DNA from: Bugula neritina
Taxonomy: Eukaryota; Animalia; Bryozoa
Assembly (NCBI GenBank): GCA_964035545.1
Contig: OZ037766.1
Location: 5,570,722 to 5,634,721, forward strand
Length of the DNA: 64,000 nt
Reading direction: 5' to 3'
Shown: piece by piece, positions 27,078 through 39,282 of the stretch
How positions within the stretch are numbered: position 1 is the stretch's first letter
Layout of the letters: each line of letters begins with the position of its first letter
Translations under genes and position numbers: made by a program
Notes under the pieces: model-generated
What the model was told of the DNA's origin: nothing
Seen by the model: the letters and a program-made list of their open reading frames with translations, nothing else
Database searches by the model: none

Positions 27078-27200
27078 CTGAAACTTGAGACTTGTATTTT
27101 GAAATCTGCAAGCAAAAGAGCTTTACAGAAATATAAAGTTAATTCAATAGCCAAGAAAATCAATTGAGAATTTTATATTTGTCTTAAGTTCATATTTATA
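27078..27200 (-). other. Candidate non-coding first exon of COX11
   Basis: COX11 ATG is immediately preceded by an acceptor (ttgtag|ATG). A strong minus-strand donor CAG|GTAAGT lies at 27077. The upstream boundary is unknown. Confidence 0.4.
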
Positions 27201-27409
27201 TTCTAGCAAATGTTCTGAAAGTTAAAGTAAAGGATTTTCATTTTGTTAGATTAACTTTGAGTTTGAGTTTAAGTTTTAATTTAACTTTTTCAGTTTTTGA
27301 TCGATTTGAATTTGATAATAAATCATAATGATTTACCCAGAATGAAACTCATTATAATTATTATTATCATTATGATGAATTTCAAAGTCAACCTAAATCT
27401 CGTTATAGT

Positions 27410-27506
27410 GGCTCTATTTCTAAGAATAATGTGATTAACTAATACTAATAGTAATACTATTAGACTAATAGTATTAGTTAATCACATTATTCTTAGAAAT
27501 AGAGCC
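27410..27506. repeat. Perfect inverted repeat, 38-bp arms with 21-nt spacer
   Basis: ggctctatttctaagaataatgtgattaactaatacta (27410-27447) is the exact reverse complement of 27469-27506. Confidence 0.92.
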
Positions 27507-27786
27507 GCTTACTATAACTATAGCAACTTACTAAATCAGTAAATGTAAATCTAATGAGTAATTATATTTATTAAAGTCTAAAGACGTTTTAATTTTAGCA
27601 CATACTGATACTGAGTTAGTATTTATCATACTGATTAACTGATACTCATTTAGTGTTACTGTTTGTAAGATCAGGTATCGGTCATAACTAAAGGCTACTA
27701 GACCATTGAAAGTAGATACATTACTGATTAGCTGACGAATTTTTCTGTTAATCATTGAATATTTTATAAACTTGAAGTGATCAGAA

Positions 27787-30700
27787 ATGGATACTGTAAC
27801 TGCGCAAAAGACTTGGGAGTTGACAAACAAAGTTGAGAATGTTGCCAGTTATGATGATATATACAAGTATGACAAAAAGCAACAACAAGACATACTTGCT
27901 GCAAAGCCTTGGGAGAGAGAGTGAGTAGTTTAGGTTTACACATTAATTAATCAACAATGTAAACAGGTACAATGAGAATATAAATATTGATTTACTAGTC
28001 AAGTAGTTGCTAATTATGAATTCAACCTGGAGACACATAGAAATCAAATTCAATGTTGGTTATTAAATTACCATATAAGCATCATAGTTGACATCTATAG
28101 GTTTCTGACAAATACTTAAGTGACATATAAAATGTAAAGATAATATCAATGTTAGTCATTTGACTACATCTACTACTAAGCCTTGATGCCAGCAGTAGCT
28201 ACTAGCTACTACTACAAATAGTAATTAAGGACAGGCAAATCTGAAAATACTCAAGTGTAAATATTTTAATAGTTTGTGAATAAATTTTTTGAGAAATGAA
28301 TTAGAATTGCTAATTGCACATCACAGTTACTCTAAATTTATTTCAAATATGGACAGTATGTATACTGCATGGAAATTAACATTACCATTACACTTATTTA
28401 TTTATTTATGAAAAAGATGGTATCTTTGAAGATGCATAATATTTCAATATGTGCTTTAAATTACATCAGTAATTGGGTGATATTTTTATAGTTGGAAAAA
28501 ATTTCTACAGTTAATTCATACTGCAATTATTGAATAATAGATACTCATTTTTGTTTTTCAGCATTCATTATTTTAAACACATAAAAGTATCAGCTCTAGC
28601 TTTGTTAAAAATGGTGATGCATGCTAGATCTGGTGGGAATCTCGAGGTTATGGGACTTATGGTTGGAAAGATTGATGGTAAGAAAGTTGAAAGACTATTT
28701 TTCTATGTATTATGTATTTAACAAACTAAATTGATAAACAAAATAAATTGTATATTTCAAAAACCAAAGCAATGTATCTAAAGTTAATATTTGTTGTGTT
28801 CATTTAAATAGGTAATGTGATGGTAGTGATGGATAGCTTTGCGCTACCAGTAGAGGGTACTGAAACTAGAGTGAATGCCCAAGAGCAAGCATATGAATAT
28901 ATGACAGCTTATATGGAATCAGCTAATAAGGTTAGATTATTGGTGTTTGATCCTAAATTCAGTGATCACATTGCTAGTCATTGGTTGCCGTGTAAATAAC
29001 TAAACCACATTATATTATGCTCCTTGATGTCATATTCGTTCATCAATTATTTGTAATATGCTCACGTGGTTTTATAGTCGCCATTCCTGTGAGAACTCCT
29101 AATCAAAAGGGTTTTTAAATTGTGCTAAGCACTTATTCATATGTGGAGAAGGAGCAATCATGACTGGATGCCCTTCCTAATATCACTGCCATTGTTTGGA
29201 CCCGAACCACTGGTCTCGTGTTTACTAGGCCGGCGCTCTAACCCCTAGGGCCTAGACCGAGACTGCTCCCTATTCACATACGGATATGCTGTTTCAAAAT
29301 TCACTTTCTTTTTAGTTGCTGCTCAACTCTTGCTGGGGTTTGATTCTCTATTTAATCATGCTATTTTTAGTTTTACTCTGGTGTTATAAAACTAGGTGCT
29401 AAATCTTTCTGATTCTTCTACTACCTCTTTCAGAATTATTTGTGAAATTTTATACTGATATAATTGACATTTTTTTAGATCGGTAGATTAGAGAATGTGT
29501 TAGGGTGGTATCACAGTCACCCGGGATATGGGTGCTGGTTGTCAGGGATTGATGTTAGCACCCAAATGATCAACCAGCAGTATCAGGAGCCCTTTGTGGC
29601 TATTGTAGTAAGTGCTGAAAGTCCAAATCCTATTGAAATTGACTAACAAAATTGATTTATTTATTTATTGCATATCACAGACATGAAAACATGTTGACAA
29701 ATTCAGTGTAAACACTGACCTTAAAATGAAGACACAACAAAAATGGAAAAAATTCAGAACTCTGTAGTATTATTTAAAATAAAATATCATTTAAAGTATT
29801 TACAAGGTGTTGTAAAAAGGCTAGTTTTTTGTTAAAATTATGTCTCAAAACTAATAAGGGAGCTAATTTTTTTCAGCTTTGTGATTTTATTTGTATGCTA
29901 TATATTTTGTACAGATAGATCCAGTGCGAACAATTTCTGCAGGGAAAGTAACTATTGGTGCTTTCAGGACTTACCCAAAGGTTAGTCTAGTTTTAGTTCT
30001 CTTTGGCTTGCAGGTTATAGAAATTCACTTGTACATTAATGTTACAGCAACAACTGATGCATTTTTCAGGGCTATAAACCTCCAGATGAGGAGCCCTCAG
30101 AGTATCAAACTATACCTCTCAATAAGATAGCTGACTTTGGTAAGACAACTTCTGTTTATATGCTGTGTTATCAGTTTGAAATGTTAAGTTTTTAAGGTTT
30201 CCTATGCAAAGCCTAGAAAGTAAAGTAACACCAATGTAGTGCAAAATGTGCAATGGTGTCTTAAGAAAAAATATGTAAGAGCAAGAAGCTAAAGCAGAAC
30301 CTGAGCAAATCTGTTTGATGTTGTATCCCAATGTATTTTCTGTGGATTTAACCATATTAATATTATTGTTAAAATTCTTATTTTATATCGTTGCATATAT
30401 ACAGATAAACTTGTGAAATTAATTACAGCAGTACTTACCAAAAAGTGAAAACCAAATCTTTCTAATAGACAAATGTCAACAAAATGTTTTCCTATTTTTG
30501 GATTTGTCTACTCTAACTGGCATCTACATTCTACAATAAAAAGCTCTTTTGGCAAGTTGTTAATTGCCCTATGCAAAACACCAGGAAAAAAATCATTAGC
30601 CTCAGCCAAATAGAGTTTACTAATTTGCATTGTACACTCCAATTTTCAGGTCTTATATTGAATATTTGTTTGGTGTTCATGTCTACAGTATTGTTGTATA

Positions 30701-33700
30701 CAATTGTTGTTTTAATGTAGTTCTGTCTTAAAAGCATTAGTATATATATATTTCTATAATTAGGCAGATTTTGTGAATAAATTTACTTTAGAAGTTGTCA
30801 AGATATAAGTTATGTCTTCAATTACAAGGCATCAACATTGTGAATGACACCGACCTAGAAAGGAATCAGAATGTAACTTTATAAACTCGGTCAACTACAA
30901 TTTAGCATATTGGAATTTGGATAACTTTGCTTGCCTACTTCAGGCAAGGCCAGCATGTTTATAATAAGACCAAGTTTTTTAATTTGCCAAAATTAGAGTA
31001 GCATGCAAAAACCTAGTTGGAACGTATCTCTAAAAACGTTACTTATTTGGCATAGTACGTATATGTCTAGCACTACGGCAGTTAGGAAGAAACATATTTG
31101 AAGTGTCGATCTCTGTGTGAATCCCTGACAGTAAAGACTAAGGGCTGTTGCCAACATGGCTAGAGGGCTTCTGCTTACATAACACAGGAGCAATTTTAAC
31201 AGGGTGCTTTTCCTGACACCACCAATGACTCTGCCGGGATTTGAACCCATGACCTAGCGCTCTAGTCACTAAACCACAGCTGGTCCGTACTACTAAGTCA
31301 TTGAATTATTTTGATATTGTTGTAACAAAATGTCTGATTGTTCTGTGCTTCTGGTACTGCAGGGGTACACTGTAAAGCCTATTATCCACTGGAGATCTCT
31401 TACTTCAAATCAGACTTGGATAAACACATTCTCAACTCACTGTGGAACAAATACTGGGTGAATACAATCAGTTCATCCAATCTTATCACGGTGAGTATGA
31501 TACATATATACAGTGTGATACATATAGACAGTATGATACATATAGACAGTGTGACACATATAGACAGTATAATACATATAGACAGTGTGACACATATATA
31601 CAGTGTGATACATTTAGACAGTATGATACATATAGACAGTGTGATACATATAGACAGTGTGACATATAGACAGTGTGATACATATAGACAGTGTGACACA
31701 TATATACAGTGTGATACATTTAGACAGTGTGATACATATAGACAGTGTGATACATATAGACAGTGTGATACATATAGACAGTGTGATACATATATACAGT
31801 GTGATACATATATACAGTGTGATACATATAGACAGTGTGATACATATATACAGTGTGATACATATAGACAGTGTGATACATATAGACAATGTGATACATA
31901 TAGACAATGTGTGATACATATAGACAGTGTGATACATATATACAGTGTGATACATATAGACAGTATGATACATATAGACAGTGAGTGTGATACATATATA
32001 CAGTGTGATACATATAGACAGTGAGTGTGATAGATGTATTACATAACTCTGTATTGTAGAATGCCACATACATGTCTGGTCAAATAAATGACTTGTCGGA
32101 GAAGCTGGAGCTGGCCGAGAGTCAGGTGACCAGGTCAAGATATACTCTCGATGGTGGAAGTTCTGAAAAAGAGGATAAGTTGGCTAAAGCTTGTAAAGAT
32201 GGGTTAGTAGTTTGTATAATAAACTAGTATAAACTATGTAGGCTATGTGAAGGCTGCTTAGTGGTTCATTTACTATCAACATTCTGAGGTTTCATGTATT
32301 AATTGTTTATTTGCCTTGTGTCACAGTAGGTTCCTTGTATCTTGTGAATGGTTGTTGAACTTGGAAGGTATTGACATCTATTGAAGACAGTATATCTGGT
32401 ATAATGTACTTCTTTCAAATATTATGTTAGAATTTATAACTTTATTTTCATAGTGGTTTCATTGCAGTCAAAACTGGATTAGATGATCATACATCTGTTA
32501 TAGAGTAGAACTTTATGTCTTCCATAGGGTGAAATAATGGTTTTTGTTTCACATATATTATGTATATGTTTCCACGTAGTAAATTGTACTACAATATCTT
32601 TTATGCTTAGTTGGATGCAGAATGCATGAAATGGAAGCATTATTGTGTTCTGTTGTATTTTCCTTTCTGTTGTATTTTTGGAGAGTTATCTTCTCAAAAT
32701 TTGATCCCTGAAGCACTTGGCAAATAATTATGTGAACAATAGAAATTTCTAAGATATTATAATAAGGTGAAGAGAATTACATGCACATGCATGACTAATT
32801 TAGTTTCTACATAAGTTTGAGGTTGCCACGCTAGTTTCCTATATGCACCTGATCTCAGTTAGACTCCAATCAGTTCAAGAAACAGGTCAAAGTAGTCACT
32901 CTAAGTCACACTCAGAGTGTGACTCAGAGTCATTCTCAGTCACACCTACTTCGCTATTTGTGCCATTTTACGGAATACCAAAATTCATAGTTGTACAACA
33001 GTGAATAGCCGATTTAGTAAAAGAAAACAAACTTCTTTTTACTGGAAGAATGCAGCTTTGACCAGTGTACGCAGGTCAATGTTGCTAATATACCTGATCA
33101 CACAAGAGAAAGTAAATACATAGGAGCAAGTTGCAGTAAGCCTAGGGCCACACTGTGCGTATTTTCGCATGCGAACATTTAAACCACGAGTAGCAAAGAT
33201 GTCCACTGTATGCATTGAGAAAACCTTCGCACTTATCGCTCAGCATTCTGAACGCAAGTGCGAATCGTCTCTGTCGTCGTCACCTAATTGGCTGGTAGTT
33301 ATTTAGAGAGCCCAATTCTTTTATTTTAGTGCTATATTCCAGTAAATTGCGTTTTATTAAAAGCGAGTGCGATTTAAAAATGAAAGCTTTATTTATCACG
33401 CATCACTGACGCTACAGTGGACGCCTTTGCTACCTGTGGTTTCAATTTCTGCATGCTAAAATACGCACAGTGTGGCCCTAGGCTTACTGAGCTGGGTGCA
33501 GTCGGACTAAGATTGATACGTGGAAAGATGGTGATTATACTACAGGACAAGTAGTAGCCAGCACAATATCATATCTCCTCAAACTGCAGAATATCAGTTT
33601 ACTAAACTTAGGGCTAGGTTTTGCTGCACTTGAAACGTCTTGCTAACAGTAAGGGTCATTAAAAATCTTATAGATGGATGTTGGCTTCTTCAGCAGATGG

Positions 33701-36179
33701 GCAAGATAAGCATTGCATCAGCGTCAGCGTAGTGTACACCATGCAATGCTGAAGAATGTGGAAGTGAACTTATCTCTCTATACATTGTCTAAGATTTTGT
33801 TGCAGCTTTTGTTTGTTGCATCAGTGCTTTCTTTCAAGACACTGTCGAGACTAGCTGCCATGCAGATGCTTGCAAACCCTAGATTGTGTCTTTTATGGCT
33901 ATCTAAAGTTTCAGTAATAATATTACAAATTTGAGCCTAGGTTATAGGTTATAGGTTATACGCAGGTAACTGGGACTTTCTGGAAATTTTTTTGTAATAC
34001 TTGTCAGCAGGTAAGCGTAGCCAGTTGTTAGAGTAGGTAAGCAGCCACCTGCTGACATCTACTGACACCTGCTGACATCTACTGACACCTGCTGACAAGT
34101 GGCTTACTCTCTTGTTCTGTCATGCCATCTCTCCCTCTGCTGCCAGCTGACACAATAATTGTTATTCACTCTTGACAGCAGTTACTGATCAATCAATACT
34201 CTGTCAGCTGATCTAGTGCAGTAACATCTTCATGGGAATATTGATGTGGGCTAAGGCTTTGTATACCACCAGCTTCTGAAATATTAGGCTGATGAACTTG
34301 ACCTCTAGATTGTAGGCCAGTGAACTGTTGAAACTTGGAGGTCAAGAAAAGTTTCAACTCATGCCATTCCAATAAATACAGTGCTCCCTCCATGTCTCAT
34401 GGATCCATTTCTCATGAAGATTCCATGGGTCAAGAGAAGGGCTTGAACCCGTTATGTGGCTTATGTATGTGTGCAACTGTGCATAGGGACAAAATGACCA
34501 AATTTAACAGATTCGTGAGTTAAATCTGGTATTCTACTGTATCACAAATTAGGGTTTCATTAAGCAGCTTAATGAATGAGATATGGAGGGAGCACTGCAT
34601 TACTTGTATTGGGACTTGGCAGTGAAACATTTATATAATACTTGGTGATTTACTGATTCAGTAGGAAGAAGCTGGGCACAATTGCTGTTGTCAATTTACT
34701 TTTGTGTTGAAGCTTTTAAGTAGCATAAATATAAAAGACTTGTGTAAACTCAGCCATCTGTTCCGAACAGAGTGAAGTGCCATCAGCTTAGTACATACAC
34801 TCCTTGCGGGTGGTGTCTCTCCCCCCCCTTCCTAGGACACAGCTGATGTATGTCATGTTAGGTTCATTGAATGTTGTGCAACGGTATTGGTTCTATAAAA
34901 TATGACTTACTAAAATATGAAGTTTGTAAGCACTACATAAAACAACTATGTGACACATTAGTTTGCAAAATATGACTTCTACCTTCCTGGTGCAAGTATA
35001 TCGTACAGATGTTGCATTTCCCTCACTGGTGGTATGCGCGAGCAGTTTTATCTGGCTATGTGCCAACAAATAGTCCCATGATGCGTTGCGCTTTTGCCAG
35101 TTTTGCGATTTCAGAACTATTCACTATATCCTGTTGACACATTTGGCTCTAATCAAGTTTATTAGCCTTTCTACTGACACCTGCTGACACCTACTGTTGC
35201 TATTCCTGTTGCATATTTCCTATAAAGTATAAACCTTCTACATTTCTTGAAGTGGAAACTACAATTGAATGTTAATATAGGGAACCTGTTATACACTCCA
35301 ACAATTTTACCCCAGATTCAAGATTTTCATTTCCTTTAATGCAATTACGTTTTTAGAATCCAAGCAAATTTTTTGCACCTGCTTCAAAATGTTTTGCCTT
35401 CCTTTCCTTTACGACGTGGCTACATTAGCTGAGTGGTGCTTTAGTAGCACTGTTGTTACTTTACAAGAGTGGGAGAGTGGGACTAGTAAGGCAATATATT
35501 ATATTATCAATAATCAACATAATTGATGAGAAATTTGCACAATACAGTAGATTTGGTGCAATGATATGTTTAAACTGTGCTGCAGCTACATTATCAATGC
35601 ATAGACAGGATGTACTAAAAGCGTACTCCTATGCTATATTGAGTATAAATGTATTATACAATATTTTATTGTAAGGTTATAGAAATTGTGCAATGTAATA
35701 CCCAAGGGAGATAATTTAGCAGTTGAAGCTGGATACTCTCAGTGGGGGTTCACCTAGTATATTATACTCTCCCCAACACACTAACTAACTGTGTACTATT
35801 CACTATTCTACAGCATTATGCAACTTAACTCAGTTTATTTGGTATTCACCTCCTTTTATGAATATAATACTTGCACACTGCAAGCCAGGAAACTCGTTTA
35901 TATTGCATTCCTTTCTATAATTTAGAATTGAACTATTGTACAAATGCTTCACTGCACAATCTAATAGCACAGCAAGTGCTCTACCTTTATAATTGATCTA
36001 CTTGCAGGTCTAAAATTACTATTGAAGCCATTCATGGTCTAATGGGGCAGGTTTTAAAGGACAGAATATTTAATCACGTGAATTGCTCAGCTGACACCAC
36101 TGAACAGGTGGTTGGAAAAGATGTGTCTGCGATGGAGGACAGCACAGCTAGCGGCAGTGCAGTTGCTAGCAGTCACTAG
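27787..36179 (+). CDS. COPS5: COP9 signalosome subunit 5 (CSN5/JAB1, JAMM deneddylase), ~358 aa
   Basis: Exons 27787-27920, 28562-28677, 28812-28930, 29479-29607, 29915-29980, 30070-30139, 31363-31490, 32060-32202, 36008-36179; 1077 nt. [40 protein letters not shown] motif [40 protein letters not shown]. Confidence 0.97.
29072..29270 (-). mobile_element. tRNA-derived SINE-like element in COPS5 intron 3
   Basis: Minus strand reads ggttagagcgccggcc...gtggttcgggtcc...ggaagggcatccagtc. The other end (tatagtcgccattcctgtgagaactcctaatcaaaagggttttt) recurs in diverged form at ~52871. Confidence 0.55.
31095..31281 (-). mobile_element. tRNA-derived SINE-like element in COPS5 intron 6
   Basis: Minus strand agctgtggtttagtga (A-box-like)...ggttcaaatccc (B box), then gtcattggtggtgtcaggaaaagcacc, which resembles the core of the 29072 element. 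Confidence 0.6.
31495..32035 (+). repeat. 18-bp minisatellite (GTGTGATACATATAGACA)n, ~30 copies, filling COPS5 intron 7
   Basis: Direct reading; it explains the repetitive ORFs (CDTYRQ, SICITL, VYMYHT) in the ORF track. Confidence 0.95.
33134..33489. mobile_element. MITE with ~75-bp terminal inverted repeats in COPS5 intron 8
   Basis: cagtaagcctagggccacactgtgcgtattttcgcatgc...gcatgctaaaatacgcacagtgtggccctaggcttactg; TAA/TTA next to the GCC/GGC ends suggests PIF/Harbinger type. Confidence 0.8.
34045..34100 (+). repeat. 10-bp tandem repeat (CCTGCTGACA/TCTACTGACA), recurring at ~35170-35198
   Basis: acctgctgacatctactgacacctgctgacatctactgacacctgctgaca; inverted unit tgtcagcagg at 34002. Confidence 0.7.
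34379..34597. mobile_element. Tc1/mariner-type MITE (~220 bp)
   Basis: TA|CAGTGCTCCCTCCATGTCTCAT ... ATGAGATATGGAGGGAGCACTG; CAGT termini, left TA flank intact, right flank CA. Confidence 0.7.
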
Positions 36180-36244
36180 TTCAGTGCTGATACTAGTATA
36201 CAATAGTTGAAGTACAGTTATTAGTAGAAATATACAGTCACAGT

Positions 36245-36512
36245 CACTAGTAGTAGTAGTAGCAGTCCTAATTACTAGTAGTGGTTAGTGATAAATAGAA
36301 GCAGTACTACTACTACTACTACTAATACTACTACATACTACTCATACTACTAGTATTACTACTGCTACTACTACATACTACTCCTACTACTACTACTGCT
36401 ACTACTCCTACTACTAATACTACTACTATTACTACTGCTACTACTAGTATTACTATTCCTACTATTACTACTGCTACTACTACTGTTACTGTTATTAACT
36501 ACTACTGCTACT
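36245..36512. repeat. (TAG)n then (CTA)n degenerate trinucleotide microsatellite just after the COPS5 stop
   Basis: tagtagtagtagcag...actactactactact; strand polarity switches near 36300. Confidence 0.85.
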
Positions 36513-36702
36513 AGTCTAGGAGCTGAAGCCTGCAACTTGTATGCAAATCTGATACCCTGTGAAATGTATATGATTAGGTTTTCATGCTTGTCTGTGTTTA
36601 CTAATCTGATATGCGCCATCAGAAAGATATTCCACTGATACTGCAGGGTGTCTATAGAGTAGAACAGCTGTACAATATACTGAACTCAGCCTGCAGTCTA
36701 TT

Positions 36703-36996
36703 ATACTACTCAGCTCTGTATATTATATACTCAGCTCTGTATATTATATACTCAGCTCTGTATATTATATACTCAGCTCTGTATATTATATACTCAGCTC
36801 TGTATATTATATACTTAGCTCTGTATATTATACTACTCAGCTCTGTATATTATATACTCAGCTCTGTATATTATTATATACTCAGCTCTGTATATTATAT
36901 ACTCAGCTCTGTATATTATACTACTCAGCTCTGTATATTATATACTCAGCTCTGTATATTATATACTCAGCTCTGTATATTATACTACTGAGCTCT
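36703..36996 (+). repeat. 21-bp minisatellite (TACTCAGCTCTGTATATTATA)n, ~14 copies
   Basis: Direct reading; source of the YSALYII repeats in ORF 36611-36991. Confidence 0.95.
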
Positions 36997-37607
36997 ACTG
37001 ATGCTCATGTTAGGTAACTGCCTTTACCAAAATAGTTTTGAGATGTGTTGGCATATGCCTCAAGTTCCACTCTAATGTAACGTAATGTTAGAATCACATA
37101 TTTATAAATAACGCCATTTTCTTTTAATAAAACCATTGTTATTCTCAAGCCTAGGGAGTTTTATTTCTCTTAAACTGTTTTGTGATAAACTGATGGCCCA
37201 CAGATTTATAATCTATATTTATCAGCCCTACACTTTCAAAATCATCCATCAGTTGATAAGTGCACACGTGTTGTGAGCTTGAGAGGCCGTATCCTGTCTA
37301 CCATAGCTGTGTGTCAGAAAGCTATTCCTAGTGAAACTAGGTCATGCAGTTGTTATGGGAGAATGTCTGAATTGATTTATATTCTATATATTTATTGGGT
37401 GCTTCGCATAAAACATTGATTAGTGAGCTAGTCAGAATTCCTGTGGTAATATTACCTACAAAATGTTTACATAACTTGAAGTTCACAAGCAGCTGTGGTG
37501 TCTGTAGCTCAGGTTATCTTGGTTGTTTTTGTTGGCACGAGTCAGGACCACCCTCTACAATCTGTGTTTTAGCTTGTGTTCCAAAATTTGTCAACAACAA
37601 GTGAATC

Positions 37608-37756
37608 GAATTGTTCTATAAGCAGCTCCGGGTTGAGAGTGACTGAGTGCAGTAGTTTGGGGTTCTGGAGTTTATAAAAACCTCAACTCTAAACTCGAGA
37701 ACCCCAAACTACTGCACTCAGTCACTCTCAACTCGGAGCTGCTTATAGAGCCATTC
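37608..37756. mobile_element. Small palindromic MITE (copy 2, same family as 21287-21423)
   Basis: gaattgttctataagcagctccgggttgagagtgactgagtgcagtagtttgggg...ccccaaactactgcactcagtcactctcaactcggagctgcttatagagccattc. Confidence 0.82.
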
Positions 37757-39099
37757 AAGTGCTCTCCCCCCCTACTTCCCCAAGCAGGCCTGACAAGTAC
37801 CAGGTAATCAGCTGGCATGAAATGCCTGCATGCTAGTAGCTGCATAGGCTTGCATCTATTATTATATACTACTTATCAGTAATAAATAGCAGTGCTCTGG
37901 GTATCATATTTATGGCATGCCTATAACAATAATTAGCAGTTTTTGCAAAGCCTAGTATTGACTGGAACTTAACATCTATTTCATTCAACTCGGACAATAG
38001 CAATAATTAAACACAATGGTCAATATACGCACACCCACTTGCTTACAAATAGTAAATATGTATGAAATATGTCTTAAGGCAATACTACAGCTGCTTTTTA
38101 AGAATCAAATTACTCAACCCATATAGGTGTTGAAGTGGCAAAAGTTTTCACTATCAACAATTAAAATTATTTATACAACTATATGAAAACCTGTGCTAAT
38201 GTTTTCGACATATCTCATTGTTATGTGGCGGAAGTTGGACTAACCTTTACTGGACAACATCTCCCCATCATCATTATGATAATTGGGCAGTAAAACATGA
38301 CTGCAAGGGTAGTTACTTGCTTGCTTTCTATTAATCGCAATCCATAAATTTTAGATGACATTGCATGATTTATTGCTTCACCCCTGAAAGGGTACTACAG
38401 TTAATAGGCAAGAAACCACTTTTTGTAATCAGTCGCCTGAAAGTAAGATTAATTGCATTGTCTATGTACAAAAAGGCAGTTTGTGTATATTGAACTGTCA
38501 ATTTGTTTAGGGCTGAAATGCCTGTTCTGAGAGTTTTTTCCAGACTGCATCACTTTTGCACCTGCACTGTATGTTTAGAAAAGTATGCTAAATCATTCAA
38601 TATAATTTCTGAAATATACTATTGAATTTTGGTAGTTATTACTTATTAACTAGTTATTTTGCAGCTAGTGTAATTAGGCATGCAGTATTGTTGGGTTATG
38701 TTGTTCCATTAGGTGATGCTGAAAATTATCAAATTGAGTATGAGTTATGGTATAAACTGATATATTATATTGTATATAACTTTATGTTTACTGCTGTTAA
38801 AAGTGTACAATGTAAGTTGCAACCCTGCAGGTTATTTCCAAAAGGAGGCCGAACTAATTCAGTTAATTTACTAGTTGGTTGCCCTTAAAGGGGTAGAGAA
38901 GTTGGTTGCCCTATGCAACAGTGAAAACTATTAGCTGTGGTCAAAATAGCTTAGGGCCTTTTGTGGTTGCTTAGTCAATCTACTGAAAGCCAACGCGCTG
39001 CATCAAACTTGCACAGGGAGAAATCAGCTGATTGAAACCACGTAGGTATGCGTGCGTGATAATTAGGGATGCGAAGGCGTGGTTTCTAAAAGCCATTGA

Positions 39100-39135
39100 T
39101 ACCATTGGCTGAACAGTGACGTTGTAAACAAATCT
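39100..39135. promoter_or_regulatory. Candidate CYHR1 proximal promoter motifs (reverse CCAAT, TGACGT CRE-like site, GTAAACAA forkhead site)
   Basis: ccattggctgaacagtgacgttgtaaacaaat, ~160 bp upstream of ATG 39283 in a locally CpG-richer stretch; motif match only. Confidence 0.35.
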
Positions 39136-39282
39136 TTCAGCTGTGCGAGTCATATCGCTTGGAAAGTCCCAGAAGCTAAGTTCAGTCGGAAATCGCGATA
39201 TTATTTTTTCTCGCCTTTAGTTTACTATCATCTGACCTTTTAGTTGAAAACCTGCTGTAGGGAAATCAAAACCAACTTTAGA

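Noticed and set aside
31225-31281. tRNA-like A/B boxes
   Set aside because: No complete cloverleaf; continues into a SINE-like body, so not called a tRNA gene.
31400-32138. Overlapping repetitive ORFs (CDTYRQ, SICITL, VYMYHT) and a CRISPR-like look
   Set aside because: Products of an 18-bp intronic minisatellite; no unique spacers, no cas genes, eukaryotic context.
36371-36991. Ser-rich ORF 36371-36619 and YSALYII ORF 36611-36991
   Set aside because: Translations of the (CTA)n microsatellite and the 21-bp minisatellite.
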